A DNA stretch of 64,000 bases from the human T2T-CHM13v2.0 reference genome, Homo sapiens, in NCBI RefSeq assembly GCF_009914755.1, contig NC_060926.1; one strand, written 5' to 3'. The position numbers and the translations under genes are program-made. The notes below the pieces were generated by a model. It saw only the letters and a program-made list of their open reading frames with translations, did no database searches and was not told where the DNA came from. This document shows, in pieces, positions 1 to 18,570 of this stretch (its first letter is position 1; every line of letters starts with the position of its first letter).

Positions 1-311
<311 letters not shown>

Positions 312-613
312 TCATTCACCAGATGTTTTTGAAAGTCTCAAACCCACAGAGACATTACTGGGCAGCTTGACAAATTAGTTACACCCAAACAACCATGTTT
401 TAAAGTTCCAGAGCCCTGCCCTGAAACAGTATTTGAACTGAAGCAAAAATTATGCCAGAAAATCTTCAGAGGTTGGGACTCAGCTCTCACACCAGTCTTC
501 TCACCTGGAAGATCTGAAGCTTCTTTTGTGTCACACTTTGCCTATCTGAGAAGTTGTGACAATATAAGAAGTCCTTTGTGGACTGGTCTGAGACACCCCC
601 TTTTAAGTAATAG

Positions 614-1005
<392 letters not shown>

Positions 1006-1380
1006 TAAAGAAGCAGAACTTTCTAGTTTGTTTTATCATGCCTTTATCAAGAACTTTTTAAGAATTTAGGGACAAAAACATCTTATGCTCTGCCCCAATA
1101 TTTCATATGTAGAAACATAAACATCAAATTTTATATGTTGACCTTTTTTTAAATCACTGCCTAAAAAAGAACTATATTTTGTGGTCATGTGAAGTTTCAG
1201 TGGTAGAATTTTCTTTCTGTTGTGGCCAATCATGAATCTTGCTCCAGTGTTTTTGTATTTACCAGACGGCAGCTGGGGAGTGAGTTAGACAGAAATATAA
1301 AGACAGATATACAGAAAGGGAGAAGAAAAAGATGAGGAGAAGAGGACTAGGGGAGTAGTAGGGAACTGGGATGGGATGGG

Positions 1381-1498
1381 GAGGAGGTAAGACAGGAGAG
1401 AACAGGAAGAGAACAGAGGAGTGGGAAGAGGGATGGCAGGAGGAGGTAAGACAGGAGAGAACAAGAAGAGAAGAGAGGAGCGGGAAGAGGGCTGGCAG
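1381..1498 (+). repeat. 59-bp purine-rich tandem duplication (2 copies) within a GA-rich tract
   Basis: GAGGAGGTAAGACAGGAGAGAACA... at 1381 and again at 1440 with few mismatches. Confidence 0.85.
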
Positions 1499-2856
1499 GA
1501 GGATCGTTGACCTAGGAAGAGAGGAAGGCCTGGTGAAGCTCTAGAAGGAAAGAGTCAGAATGAGACGTTACAGACCACAAAGGCGGGGCAAGGGCACAGA
1601 GGCAGCTGGAGAGCAGACTGGGCGCGTTGGTGTGTTATAGACACAAGAGAAAGAGCCCAGAGGAGGCAGTAACAAATGGGAGCATATAGGAGCTAGAAGC
1701 CACATTTGGGAAACTAGGGAAAGGGGAAGAGAAGGAGAGAAAAGCAGTGCAAATCTAACTAGAGATTTGATTCCTTAGGCACTAGGAAAGCTCAGCTTGG
1801 GGGCTGTCTGCCTCATCTGAGAGGAAGGAAAGTGGAGATATAAACGGATTAAGAGGATAGGAGACCAGGGGACAGACTGGTGTCCAAATTTGATGCATAC
1901 CACATTTGACATTTGGCTAATGAAGGTTGATGGAAAACAACTTTTACTCGATTAGGATAGAAAAGTTTTTTAAAAAGCTGAGTGTAATTGACATGAATTA
2001 GTGATAAATGACCAAAAAAAATACACCACTAATCTAAAATACTTTATGACCTATCAAACAGGAGACACAAGTTTGTCAAAAAGTTTGAGACACTTAGATG
2101 CACTTAGATGCCTTAGAAGGCATCTCCATTCCTGGTCTGGAACATTCACAAGTGTGGTATTGGCCCTAATCAGTTCTACGAACAACTTTTTAATAAGGCT
2201 GGTTGGTAAAGACTAACTTCTGGCTTTGTTTTCCCAATAGAATATGCTAGAACTGTGCAACTTTAGACATTTTTAAGGAATAAGTGTATTATTACTCATA
2301 GTAGTGAAGGGAAAATTCACACTGTTCTCAAGGCTAATAGACGTACTGTTAATTTTAGCTCATGTGTTTAAATGGATTGTCTATCAGGGGAAAAAAGTCA
2401 AATATGAAATTGTTCTAATGATAATTTGCTGTAATTCTAAAGCCAATATGTGAAAGAGCTGTGTAATAATATATTTAAATACTAAAAAATCTTTTGGACA
2501 TTAACCTTAGATGCTGATGTCCTCTTATTGAGTTGTGGTTTTGTTTTGCTAATACTGGTTGAAAGCCCTTTAATTTTTCAGTGACATCATAAAGATTTTT
2601 TATCCTACTGAAATCATCCATAGAATGGTTTTAAACCAGTTTTCTAAATATCATGTATTTTTTAAAACCTACCACTGGATACCCAGACTCTGAAACTGGG
2701 CTTCTCCCAATCTTGGCAACATTAGCAATGATACTCACTTTCAGTATTGATGGCAACCCTATAGGAGGCGTGACCATTCCAATTTTGATTTTATTTTTAA
2801 AGTGTGAACTTTCCAGAACCCTGAGCAAAATGAGTGCAGCGATTTTCTTTTTGTAG

Positions 2857-2901
2857 GACAAGAAGACAGAAGAGTTCTTCTCTGTGGTGACTACAGACTA
2901 G
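2857..2901 (+). CDS. NCOA1: NCOA1 alternative exon (exon 2857-2913) encoding the SRC-1e C-terminus DKKTEEFFSVVTTD*
   Basis: TTTCTTTTTGTAG acceptor, 14 codons plus TAG, GTGAGT donor at 2914; matches the known 14-aa SRC-1e tail. Confidence 0.93.
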   Translation, partial: DKKTEEFFSVVTTD

Positions 2902-2998
2902 AGGAATGCTCTAGTGAGTTTCCACTTCAAGTAGTACCCACTCATAAGCCGGGGGGGCAGACCCTTCTGTCTAAACACATCTTTTATTTGTGTTCCAG

Positions 2999-3169
2999 CA
3001 GGTGCAACAGGTTCAGGTGTTTGCTGACGTCCAGTGTACAGTGAATCTGGTAGGCGGGGACCCTTACCTGAACCAGCCTGGTCCACTGGGAACTCAAAAG
3101 CCCACGTCAGGACCACAGACCCCCCAGGCCCAGCAGAAGAGCCTCCTTCAGCAGCTACTGACTGAATAA
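2999..3169 (+). CDS. NCOA1: NCOA1 last exon, SRC-1a C-terminus QVQQVQVFADVQCTVNLVGGDPYLNQPGPLGTQKPTSGPQTPQAQQKSLLQQLLTE* with terminal LxxLL
   Basis: TTCCAG/CAG tandem acceptor, 56 codons plus TAA, LLQQLL nuclear-receptor box. Confidence 0.96.
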   Translation, partial: QVQQVQVFADVQCTVNLVGGDPYLNQPGPLGTQKPTSGPQTPQAQQKSLLQQLLTE

Positions 3170-5480
3170 CCACTTTTAAAGGAATGTGAAATTTAAATAA
3201 TAGACATACAGAGATATACAAATATATTATATATTTTTCTGAGATTTTTGATATCTCAATCTGCAGCCATTCTTCAGGTCGTAGCATTTGGAGCAAAAAA
3301 AAAAAAAAAAAAAAAAAAAGGAGTTTGCTTTTGTCGGGAGATTGAAAGATGTTTTTGTTTCTTTCTTTGTAAAGGCCTTGGATATTGAAAAAATACCAAG
3401 GCAGAACAGTTGGACAATCTATTTCTTGAGCCAAATTTAATTATTCTTATTTTTGTAATCAGTCATTGGCTTCTTATCTGGATGAAGGCTTTTGGAGGAG
3501 AACCAAAACGACAAGTTCCAAGAAGAAGATGAAGCTCCGCCTCCGCCGCTTAGTCCCAACCCTGCCCAGGAAGAAGGGCCCGTGGGGCTTTGCCTGTGCC
3601 CGTCCACCAAAGGCTGTCATGTGTCTCGAAATCAGCAGCCCTCCCCATCCCAATCCCAGGCAGCTTGTGTGTACAATCAGCTTCTCTAGCAACTCTGTAT
3701 CTGTTGGCTTCAAGAGAATATTTTGCCTCCACATATGTACCCCTTCTCCTTTTTTTAAAGATGGATTTAAACCAAGATGCCTCCAGGAAAGAGGACGAAA
3801 TGAGTATATTCACAGAGGAATCCAAAAAATACAGTTTGGGGGAAAATGCAATAATTTTTGATGAGATGGGTGAAGGACAAGAAGTGAGTTGTGTCAATTA
3901 TTGTAGATACAATTTTCTGATTAAATCTGGAAAAATAAAAGGCAGCCTGTTTTTTCTGCTTTTATTGTATTAACAGCTGAGGTAGCTAAAGTTATTTAAA
4001 ATAAAATTAAATTTATGATCCAAGTAGCTTATTTTTCCCTTTAAATCTCATTGTAAATATATTTGATTTCTTGTAGAAATTGATTTCCTTCTGTTTAATT
4101 TTATGCTTTTATTATACTCTTGATTTTTCTAAATTTGTGTGTGAAATATAACATTGATTGAATTGCAGTTACATTTGGTTAGTAATATTTCATTATTTTA
4201 ATAACTGTGATGTCATGTATGGATTTACTTTGGGGTTCAAATCAAAATGTCACTGCCAGAAAGAGCTGTTCCAGCTGATCTAGAGCATACTGCCCTAGAG
4301 TGTCCCTGGGATCATCTGAACAGAAGTGCACAGGCTACTTGTACAGAGAAAAAATTAATACTCAAAGGAAATCTTCATTTTTTAGATTGACTTTGGGAAT
4401 TTGAATTTTCATCAGTGCAAATATAAATTTCTCTATCCTGCTCTGAGGCTAATTGGTACCATATTTTCCCTTTGTGTCTTGTGACTCTGCCACATCCCAT
4501 CTCATCCTGGCCTCTGAGTCAAGAACCCAGTGAACTGACTTTCTAGTTCTAGAAGTTCCGCTGCAAGGCCAGGAAAGCTTGAGAAAGGTATTGTGGAAGA
4601 AGCAAAGGTAGACCCCCATCACTCACCTTTGTCTGCATCCCTGGGCCTGTGAATGATGACAGCACCTGACATTCTGCACCAGCTACCTCTGCCTCCATGG
4701 CAGAGAAAAGGCCATAAGAACAGTGGAAGAGGAGCATGGACTCAGACTTCAAGGAAGAAGCCATTTCCCCAGGTCCTTCCTTCTGCATCTCACCACCCCT
4801 AGTTACAAATAACTCCATTGAACAGCATCTATTCAGAAACTATGCCGAATAAAAAGATTGGTGGAAGGGCTCATGTGGTTAGCAACTATGAAACAGAAAT
4901 AGGACACTCAGTTACAAACATTATCTCCTTTAGTTTTTCAGAAAATGCATCCCTGATTTCATTCATTTCCAGCTTGAAAGCCAGCCATATTACTCTAGTC
5001 CCTACCAAACTGCTCTAGAAGGTCATTTCCATTTTGTTTGTGATATTTAGACGCGCAGACTTCAGGAAGTTCACCTTTAACTTCAGCATTCCAGATGAAG
5101 TTTCCTGACTCAGTGCTTTTGCATAAGGAACTAGAAAAAAAAAGTAAGGAAAATTGGAGATGCTAACATCCTCCCCCATCCCAACTGCACCTTAAAATAT
5201 GCATGTCACCTTCAAGGTTTTATAATTGCACTGTTTGTTTTATGTATGTACAGATTAAAATTATTGCTACATTTGAGGAAAATAAAATTGCTTGCTTCTA
5301 TGTAATTCCTGTCATTCCACAGGAAATTCACTTTTCCAGCTACTGAATAGAATTTGTTTAACAACCTCATGGGTTGCCTCTTCATTTACAGGGAAGAAAT
5401 GAAATGTACATCTGCAGAAATTGCCAAAGCCCAAATTAACGAGTATTATAAAAGGATAATAAAGCATCCCTGAAGCCAAA
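3170..5480 (+). other. NCOA1: NCOA1 3'UTR (about 2.3 kb)
   Basis: Follows the stop; repeat-free and AU-rich; AATAAA at 3934, 4000, 5281 and 5458; 3' end inferred. Confidence 0.8.
5458..5463 (+). terminator. NCOA1: Probable distal NCOA1 poly(A) signal AATAAA
   Basis: Last AATAAA of the AU-rich block before repeat-rich DNA begins. Confidence 0.65.
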
Positions 5481-5828
5481 GATCCTCAAAGTCATCCTGA
5501 TTTGAGCCAGACCATTGAAATTTGAGAAGGTCAAACTGAAGTCATGATAGCAGGCCTTGAGGGGTTCTAACTGTGACATTATCTGATGATTAAAGACTTC
5601 TAGGCCTGCTGTTTCTTGACTCAGAAGATCTGGTCCAGGCAGTACTTCATGGCCATAGATGCCATGTCTCTCTCTATTTTTTTTAAAATATATCAACATT
5701 TATCAATAATAGGTATTGAGTCTTACTTGAGAAGCCTCCTTCAATGTGACAATGCATTTTATAGGAATTAGGCCCTGTTGTTTGTTTTTAAATCCTAAAT
5801 CCACCAACTTGGCTAAGTAGGGCTAGGG

Positions 5829-6292
5829 TGTAAGAGTTACAGAGGAAACAAACATGAAATGCGGCTCAACAGTTAAAGACAGATTTATTTTAGAGAAAAT
5901 AAACCTGAGAGGGGCTTCTGGCTGATTTCCATCAGGAGTGCTTTCTCTTACAGAGTAAGAGTATACGTTGGTTTTAGGGTGAGGGGGCTTATCACAAGCT
6001 TGGAATGTTTTTGTGTGAGGGAGAAGTTTTATGGCAGGGTCGGAATGTCTGGGCAAAGGGGAGGTTATCTTGGGGCTGATGTCTTTCTGGCCAGAGGGGG
6101 GTTATCTCGGGGTTAGCATGTCTTTGGCTGGGGAGGAGTTTGGAGTGTTGCTGGTTGGAGATGTTATTTGTGGTTTATGGTTGTGCTGACCTTAGTCATT
6201 AGGCTGATGCCCTTTGGATTTAGGCGGTTTTTGATTAAGGTGAATTTTAGAATGAGGGGCTTGTCCAAGATGGCGATGCTCCTGCTCTGTCA
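5829..6292 (-). mobile_element. ERV1 solo LTR (MER31-like)
   Basis: TG...CA termini; minus strand starts TGACAGAGCAGGAGCATCGCCATCTTGGACAAGC; minus-strand AATAAA near 5884. Confidence 0.7.
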
Positions 6293-7559
6293 TAAGGTAA
6301 ATGTGATTCCAGAGGGCTCAAGGAGGGTGTACTTCCCACACACATTCCTAGACCTAAATGTACACAGATTTGGTAACTGTTTTCTGAAGTCATATTTATG
6401 GGGGGACAAAACCTTTTTTTTCCATAGTTGGGATAAGATAAAAATGAAACTTCCCTTAGATGAGGCTGAACATTGATTTAAAGTTACCCTGAGGTGTAGG
6501 GGTGAGGAAAACAAAAACAATTGAGGACAAAGTGTGATTGTTATAAGGAAGTTTCACCTTTGTGGTTTCACCTAAGGTAGGTTCCATTCCTAAAGAAGAC
6601 CTCAGAAATGGTCTCCTAGGCCCTGACAAAGAAAAAGCAAGGACAGTTGTCTGCTTACAAAGGCAGTTGTACTGATTTCCTGGTTGACAGTAACTGCTCT
6701 TCCCAGAAGGGCACCTCCACTTGAATAAAGTGAGTAATTCAGAGCAAGCTTGAGCCTTGACCATTCCTGTGCCCCTGAAGATCTTGATGATTTAATTAAG
6801 CCCATAAATTATTTTTATTGGAGAAAACTGCCAAAGGAAGCGTGCCTCTGTCCAGAACCCTTTCTGCCAGCACTAAATTAGTTTTCTTTCTATATTTTCA
6901 TTGCCCCCAGAATTCTTAACAAGATTGAAGGAACACAAAGTTCTGGCCTTACTCACTCATTCAACACATTGTATTGTCTTTATCTGAGGAACTGGGGATA
7001 TGAAAGGATCCCGACAGGCATGCGCCCTGCCCTAGTGGAGCTTATATTCACATCAGGGGGCTTAGATCAAGATAACCACAACTGGATTAATTCCAACTGT
7101 GGAATTCACACAGGAGAATTCCAAGTAGGAATTTGTAAGCAGGGCCTCATCTGGAGGCGAAGGCAGTTTCCCTTGAGGAAGCAATGGCATTCAAAGTGAG
7201 GTTTGCAGGTGATGAGGAGGTAGCTCAGTGGAGAGCCAGTGAACAGAGTTGTGAGAGGCAGCACATGGGAAGGCCTGGAGACAGGGAGGAGCCCCAGAGA
7301 GCTGCTTGTTTTAAGTTGTTAACTAGCACTCTCCTGAGCTGGCATCTACATTAGAGTTACGTCAGCCCATGGCTCCAGGAGGAACAGCACTAGGCATTGG
7401 GATCCTCACTTGAAAATTGTTTCAGCTCATACCTAAAGTCTCTTCCACAACTAGCCCTGTCCTGCCAGAAATACAGGCTTCTGTATCTTCTACACAGTAG
7501 TCTGTAGCTGGTGACAGTATTAAAAGTACTCGGAGACAATAAGTTTGTAACAATTTCTA

Positions 7560-8243
<684 letters not shown>

Positions 8244-9092
8244 CTAAAGGGTTATGATACAAACACTACCATTTATCAGTGGAAATTGGGAGTTGAAACC
8301 AAGTCTAATTCCAAATTCTGGATTCACTATCCTGGACAATATGATTTAGTATGGATTCTGAGTCTGTAGACTTTAATCTCTTTTTGATCTTAGGCAGTGC
8401 TTTCATATGTGAAATAACTAAAACAGCTTTGAAAAGACAGGCAAGAACTCTGGGGTTGAGAAGAGAGGACCCGGCCCCTTCTCTGGAGGTGGTCAGAGCC
8501 TGCCCTTTGGAGGCCTCAACTAAATAGGGGTTATCTTTGGCATGTGGTCAGCAGGGTGTCCCACTACCGTTTGGGAGAAGCATTCTGTGCCTGCATATCT
8601 AAACAAGGAATGAAGAAGGAGTCTATGAAACTACAGGGTCATCCCCTTAGCTTAAAAGAATTTTGGAAAATGTGAGTTCCTTCTGGGGCAGGTATAAGAA
8701 TGACTGACAGAGGATCCTTTTTGTGAGGCAGAGGAATTTTAGGACCCTACAGTTCACCCTAGGATAGTAGGTTTATTGGATCAGACCTTGGAAAAACTTG
8801 CCTTTCCCTGACTCTTGATCCTACTGCAGACAAAGAATCGTTCTCTTATGCTGTGGAGTTTGGCCCTGGTCTAATTGTTTATGCTTGTCTCTGAACTGGT
8901 AGTTTGTACAACCAGCAGAAGCAAGCAGTGCCCACAGGTGTCCATAACAAACTTGAGACATTGGCTTGAGAAAAGAAGAATTACGTTGAAAGGAATAACT
9001 TCTGTTCCATCAGATTTTCCTCCCATTCCAGTGCCAAGGAGCCCTCAGGTAAAGCAAAACCCCGAGACTACGGTATGGTATTTACTCCTTTT

Positions 9093-9368
<276 letters not shown>

Positions 9369-9761
9369 CTTTATTCCATTTTTGATGAGCTGTTGCTGTA
9401 CTGACACAGTACAGCAGTGTGGGAAGTACAGAGACACTGCTGTGAAGCTGCTTCTTTCCTAACTGGAGATTCTACATCAGTTAACAGATTTTTTATTTTT
9501 ACTCTGCCAGGCAATGTACTAGTCTAGTAACCCACTTTTGTGTGAATAATTTCTTACATTTGTATAGCACTTTCACATATTTGATCTGCAAAATCCTATA
9601 AAGCAATTACAGTAGGCCGTTTTACAGATGGTGAAACTGAAGCTCAGATTTATAGTCAAGTGACTAACAAGCGCTCGGCCCAAGAGTCAATCCTTGGGCT
9701 TTGGAATGAAACCTGCCAGTGGTTCCACTGCACAATACAAGTACTAGAGATAAAAGCACCT

Positions 9762-10061
9762 GCCTGGGCACAGTGGCTCACGCCTATAATCTCAACACTT
9801 TGGGAGGCCAAGGCGGGCGGATCACCTGAGGTCAGGAGTCCGAGACCAGCCTGGCCAACATGGCAAAACCCCATCTACTAAAAATATAAAAATTGAGCCA
9901 CACGTGGTGGCACATGCATGTTAATCCCAGCTACTCAGGTGACTGGGGCAGAAGAATTGCTTGAACCCAGGAGGCAGAGGTTGCAGTGAGCTGAGATCAC
10001 ACCGCTGCACTCCAGCCTGGGTGACAGCAAGACTCCGTCTCAAAAAAAAAAAAAAAAAAAA
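9762..10061 (+). mobile_element. AluS-type
   Basis: Dimeric Alu with A-tail. Confidence 0.92.
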
Positions 10062-11028
10062 GACGATGACATAATGACTGTGGGAATTCTGATGAGTTAA
10101 AAATTATTCTCTGGAACTCCAAATTCCTTACAAGCTCATAGGGGTTTCCATTTTGAAAACAAATCTAGGTCAGGCACAGTGGTTCACACCTGTAATCCTA
10201 GCACTTTGGGAGGACAAGGCGGGGGGATTGCTTGAGGTAAGGAGTTTGAGACCAACCTGGCCAACAGAGCTCTAATTTTGAGTTTGTCAAAGTATAACAT
10301 GTTTTTAATGTATATGAGGATAATGTTTTTCAGGCAGGGCCCTGTACTCTCACTGAACAGCTCTTCCCTTGAACTCAGTACCACTCACACATGTATACAT
10401 CTTAAGTCCACTCTTCAACATCTCTCTCATAATCCAGTTTTAAATTTTCAACTGGTGAGCATTACCACATGGATCCCACCCTCCCACCTCCAGCACCTCA
10501 AACTTAAGTCCCAAACCAAATAACTTATTCCCCACAAATATGTTCTTATATCTCCATCCGAATTAATTGCATCATTATCCTGCTAGTGGTCATTTTCAAC
10601 AACTTTTTCCCACTCATTTCACTAAATTGCAAGAAGTCCCACTTTGTAGTGCCTCATAGCCATCTCCTCCTTTCTAGCCCTATTACTCACTGACCGAATT
10701 CCAGACTTAATTATCCTTTTTCAGACGATTACAGTAACCACCTTCATGCCTTTTACACGCATCCTTCACACAATCATCAGAGAAATCTTTATAAACACAA
10801 CCTTCAGAATCTTAGTGTCTGCTTCTTGCCTAGAGTTGATCTGAAATCCAGTGACCTTTTGAGCTTCATTGCCCTCTACACTCTCTCTAAACAAAAAGGT
10901 CCTGCCACAAAAATGATCCGGTCTTTATTCTTGAATTTACCATGTTCTCGCTTTCATTGCCATCCCCAGTCTCTTCCCCTTAGCCTGTATGCTCTTCCCT
11001 TCTACTCATCCTTCAAGACTTCAGTTGA

Positions 11029-11489
<461 letters not shown>

Positions 11490-11728
11490 TTAAAGAAGAG
11501 ATACACACACTCCTACCACCCCTAGCCTCCCGCCGAACCTTCTACATAGTAGGATCTTAAATGCTGGTTGAAGAAATAGACTCAAAGGCAATATTTCAAA
11601 TAAGGGAAAATTGCTGTGGGTAGACTGGCACTGAGTTGTCTCCCTAGAGTCTGGATTGTTGAGCTGATAGAAGGTTGCAGACTTGTCTAAAAGGTCAAGA
11701 CAGGATTTTGATTTCATCTTGATGACTA

Positions 11729-12736
<1,008 letters not shown>

Positions 12737-13067
12737 ACTGTTTTTTGTTTGTTTGTTTGTTTGTTTGTTTTCATAAAAGGTGAGTGAATACAAGTCCCTT
12801 TCACTAGGAGTTTCGAAATTCTCACACTCTAGGAGCCTCTACATCGTTGGAGAATTTACAGAACATTAGCAGTTATCTGCAATACTTCATCAAGCTCTCA
12901 GCTTTATAGATGATATATGCTTGGGTTAAACCCTTTCCACTTCTCCGAAATTACCCTCTCACTGAAAATCAGCTGATTGAGTTGACTACCATCTTAACTG
13001 AGAAAGTAGGAAAGGCAGATCGGTGAGACAATCACTTCCAGTCTTCCCTACAAAAATGAATATATAG

Positions 13068-13868
<801 letters not shown>

Positions 13869-14189
13869 TGTCCTATTCACTCTTTTACCTACAATAAAAT
13901 GCTGCTGAGAAGCAATTCATGTTGAAATTAAACAAGAATAAGATGGCTCCTTGTGAAATTTCTATCAGTTTGGCCTTTAAAACCAATGCCTCTAAAAGCT
14001 GAGTGACTTAACTCAGAAAGTGAACAGAAGGGACACATCAACAAACAGGCTGACCTTCCTCTAACAGGAACAAAGGTCTTGCCTGGAGTTTCCTTCCTCA
14101 TTCCTGAAGAAGCATTCCAGCCCTGCTCAGTTCTGCTGCTTTTTCAAGTCCAAAGTAATTTATCACATACCTGCCTATACTTAACTTTA

Positions 14190-14578
<389 letters not shown>

Positions 14579-14920
14579 TTAAAAATTAGCTTTCCATTTT
14601 AACATTCTTCTAATGTTAGCAATTATACTTTAAATAATAATTACTTAGCAAGCTAGACTTTAAGCAAAACCATCTGGGGAAAAGCTCCCTATAGAGCACA
14701 CCCTATTTAAAGACTCGCATGACTCTGAGCTTAGGCTTTAAATTTTCATCCTACCTTCAGTTGAAAGCTTCTAAATAGCTTTTTATTAAGGAAATTTCTA
14801 AGTGTCTGTGAAAGTAGAAAGAATAGTATAATGAACCAGTTCTAGGTTTTTAATCAGTCTTTTGGTATGTGATTTTTATAACCCCAAGTAAAGAGATGAC
14901 TTCAGTCACTTTATTCATTA

Positions 14921-15312
<392 letters not shown>

Positions 15313-15359
15313 TTATATCACAAGTAATTTAATAGTAGTGACAAAATATATATATTTTC

Positions 15360-16968
<1,609 letters not shown>

Positions 16969-17039
16969 AAGGTCATGGTTTTTAAAGACTAAAAGATGAC
17001 TGGAAACCAAGTCTCTTAACTCTGTCTCTCACATTAAAT

Positions 17040-17425
17040 AATCATGCCTAGCAGAGTTTATCACAGGAACAAAGATGGTTCAATATTTGAAGTCTAGGAG
17101 TACAATTCACCACAGTAACAACAGAGAATAACCACATGATGATGTCAGTAAATGCAGAAAGGGTATTTAAGACATCCATTTATTAACTGAAAAAAATTTT
17201 AGCCAACCAGTGGCAGAAGATAAACCCCTTAATCTAATAGAGCATTTGTCAAAACTCTCAACAAATAACATACCTAACAGTGAAGGTCTCAGAGCATTCT
17301 CACTAAACTCAATCGCGAGTCAGAGACACCTGCTAAACTGCTATTGTTGCACTAGAAGTCCTGGCCAGTGCAATAAGATGAGAAAAAGAAATAAGTATGA
17401 AGATGGCATTAAAAGAGACTAAATT
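17040..17425 (+). mobile_element. Old L1M ORF2 fragment
   Basis: Degenerate match to the L1 RT region (GATGGTTCAATAT, AACCACATGATGATGTCAGTAAATGCAGAAA, CTAGAAGTCCTGGCCAGTGCAATAAG). Confidence 0.65.
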
Positions 17426-18266
17426 GTGGTGATTGTTAGATAGTGCTTTTATAGGGTATGGTTTAAACTGGTCTTCACAATCCTGCTAAAACTTACTCAC
17501 AGGTGAGGAAACTGAAGCTAAATTCCTTAGCCATTACATGCAGAGTTGAGTCTTAACATTAAGTCTTCTGGGATTGTCACCTGCCTTGCTCTTTCCATTT
17601 GTATCACAAAGAAGTAACAGCATATTTCCTATGGTTCAATTTCTGTTCCTGCAGCCACATCATCACAGTCTTGTGTCTTGAATATTTCAAAGAGTCTCCT
17701 GACTGATGTCCCAGCCTTCCTTCCCATTCCCAGGAAATAACATCTTGCCTCTGTTGCCAGATTAATCTTCCACTTTTATCACGAGCACTTCTTATTCCTT
17801 ACGTCCAGTGTTGGGGCAGAGGTAGAATGTTTCATCGCCAACCAGTGTTTTCTTCCTTTTTAATTGACGTAATGCTCCTATTCTATTGTTCTAACTTACT
17901 CTTCCTCCTCATGGAGGTTAAAAGAATAACCTAGTTGGTGGGTGATTGCCTTTGGTCCACGTCTGTCAATTGAGTGGAACCAATCTATCAAAGTTTGATA
18001 GAATATGGGGAATTTGTTCTTATTATCCTTACTTCACATTACCAGTCGGAAGCATCAACTTTGGTGAAGTATCTACTCTGTATACTCACACTTTTCCTTA
18101 AGATAGGGAACTAGCGATCCTATTTAGGCCATCGCATAAAGCTATATCTTCTAACCAATTGATAAAAAAAGTGATATTTTGTTTATCTGCTTTTTGTCTC
18201 ATTTCTCAAGAACCTAGGATCAGAACTTGGGTGCCACTTATTTGACCCTTAAAAATCCCCTCAGTT

Positions 18267-18570
<304 letters not shown>

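Noticed and set aside
2898-3973. ORFs of 115-178 aa over the NCOA1 last exon and 3'UTR
   Set aside because: Antisense or UTR frames with low-complexity runs (poly-Phe from the A25 tract); no recognisable domain or splice support.
17984-18002. tetO-like operator palindrome as a sign of vector sequence
   Set aside because: Only the CTATCA/TGATAG arms resemble tetO, the spacing differs, it is a single copy, and one 9-bp-arm palindrome in 64 kb is near chance expectation.
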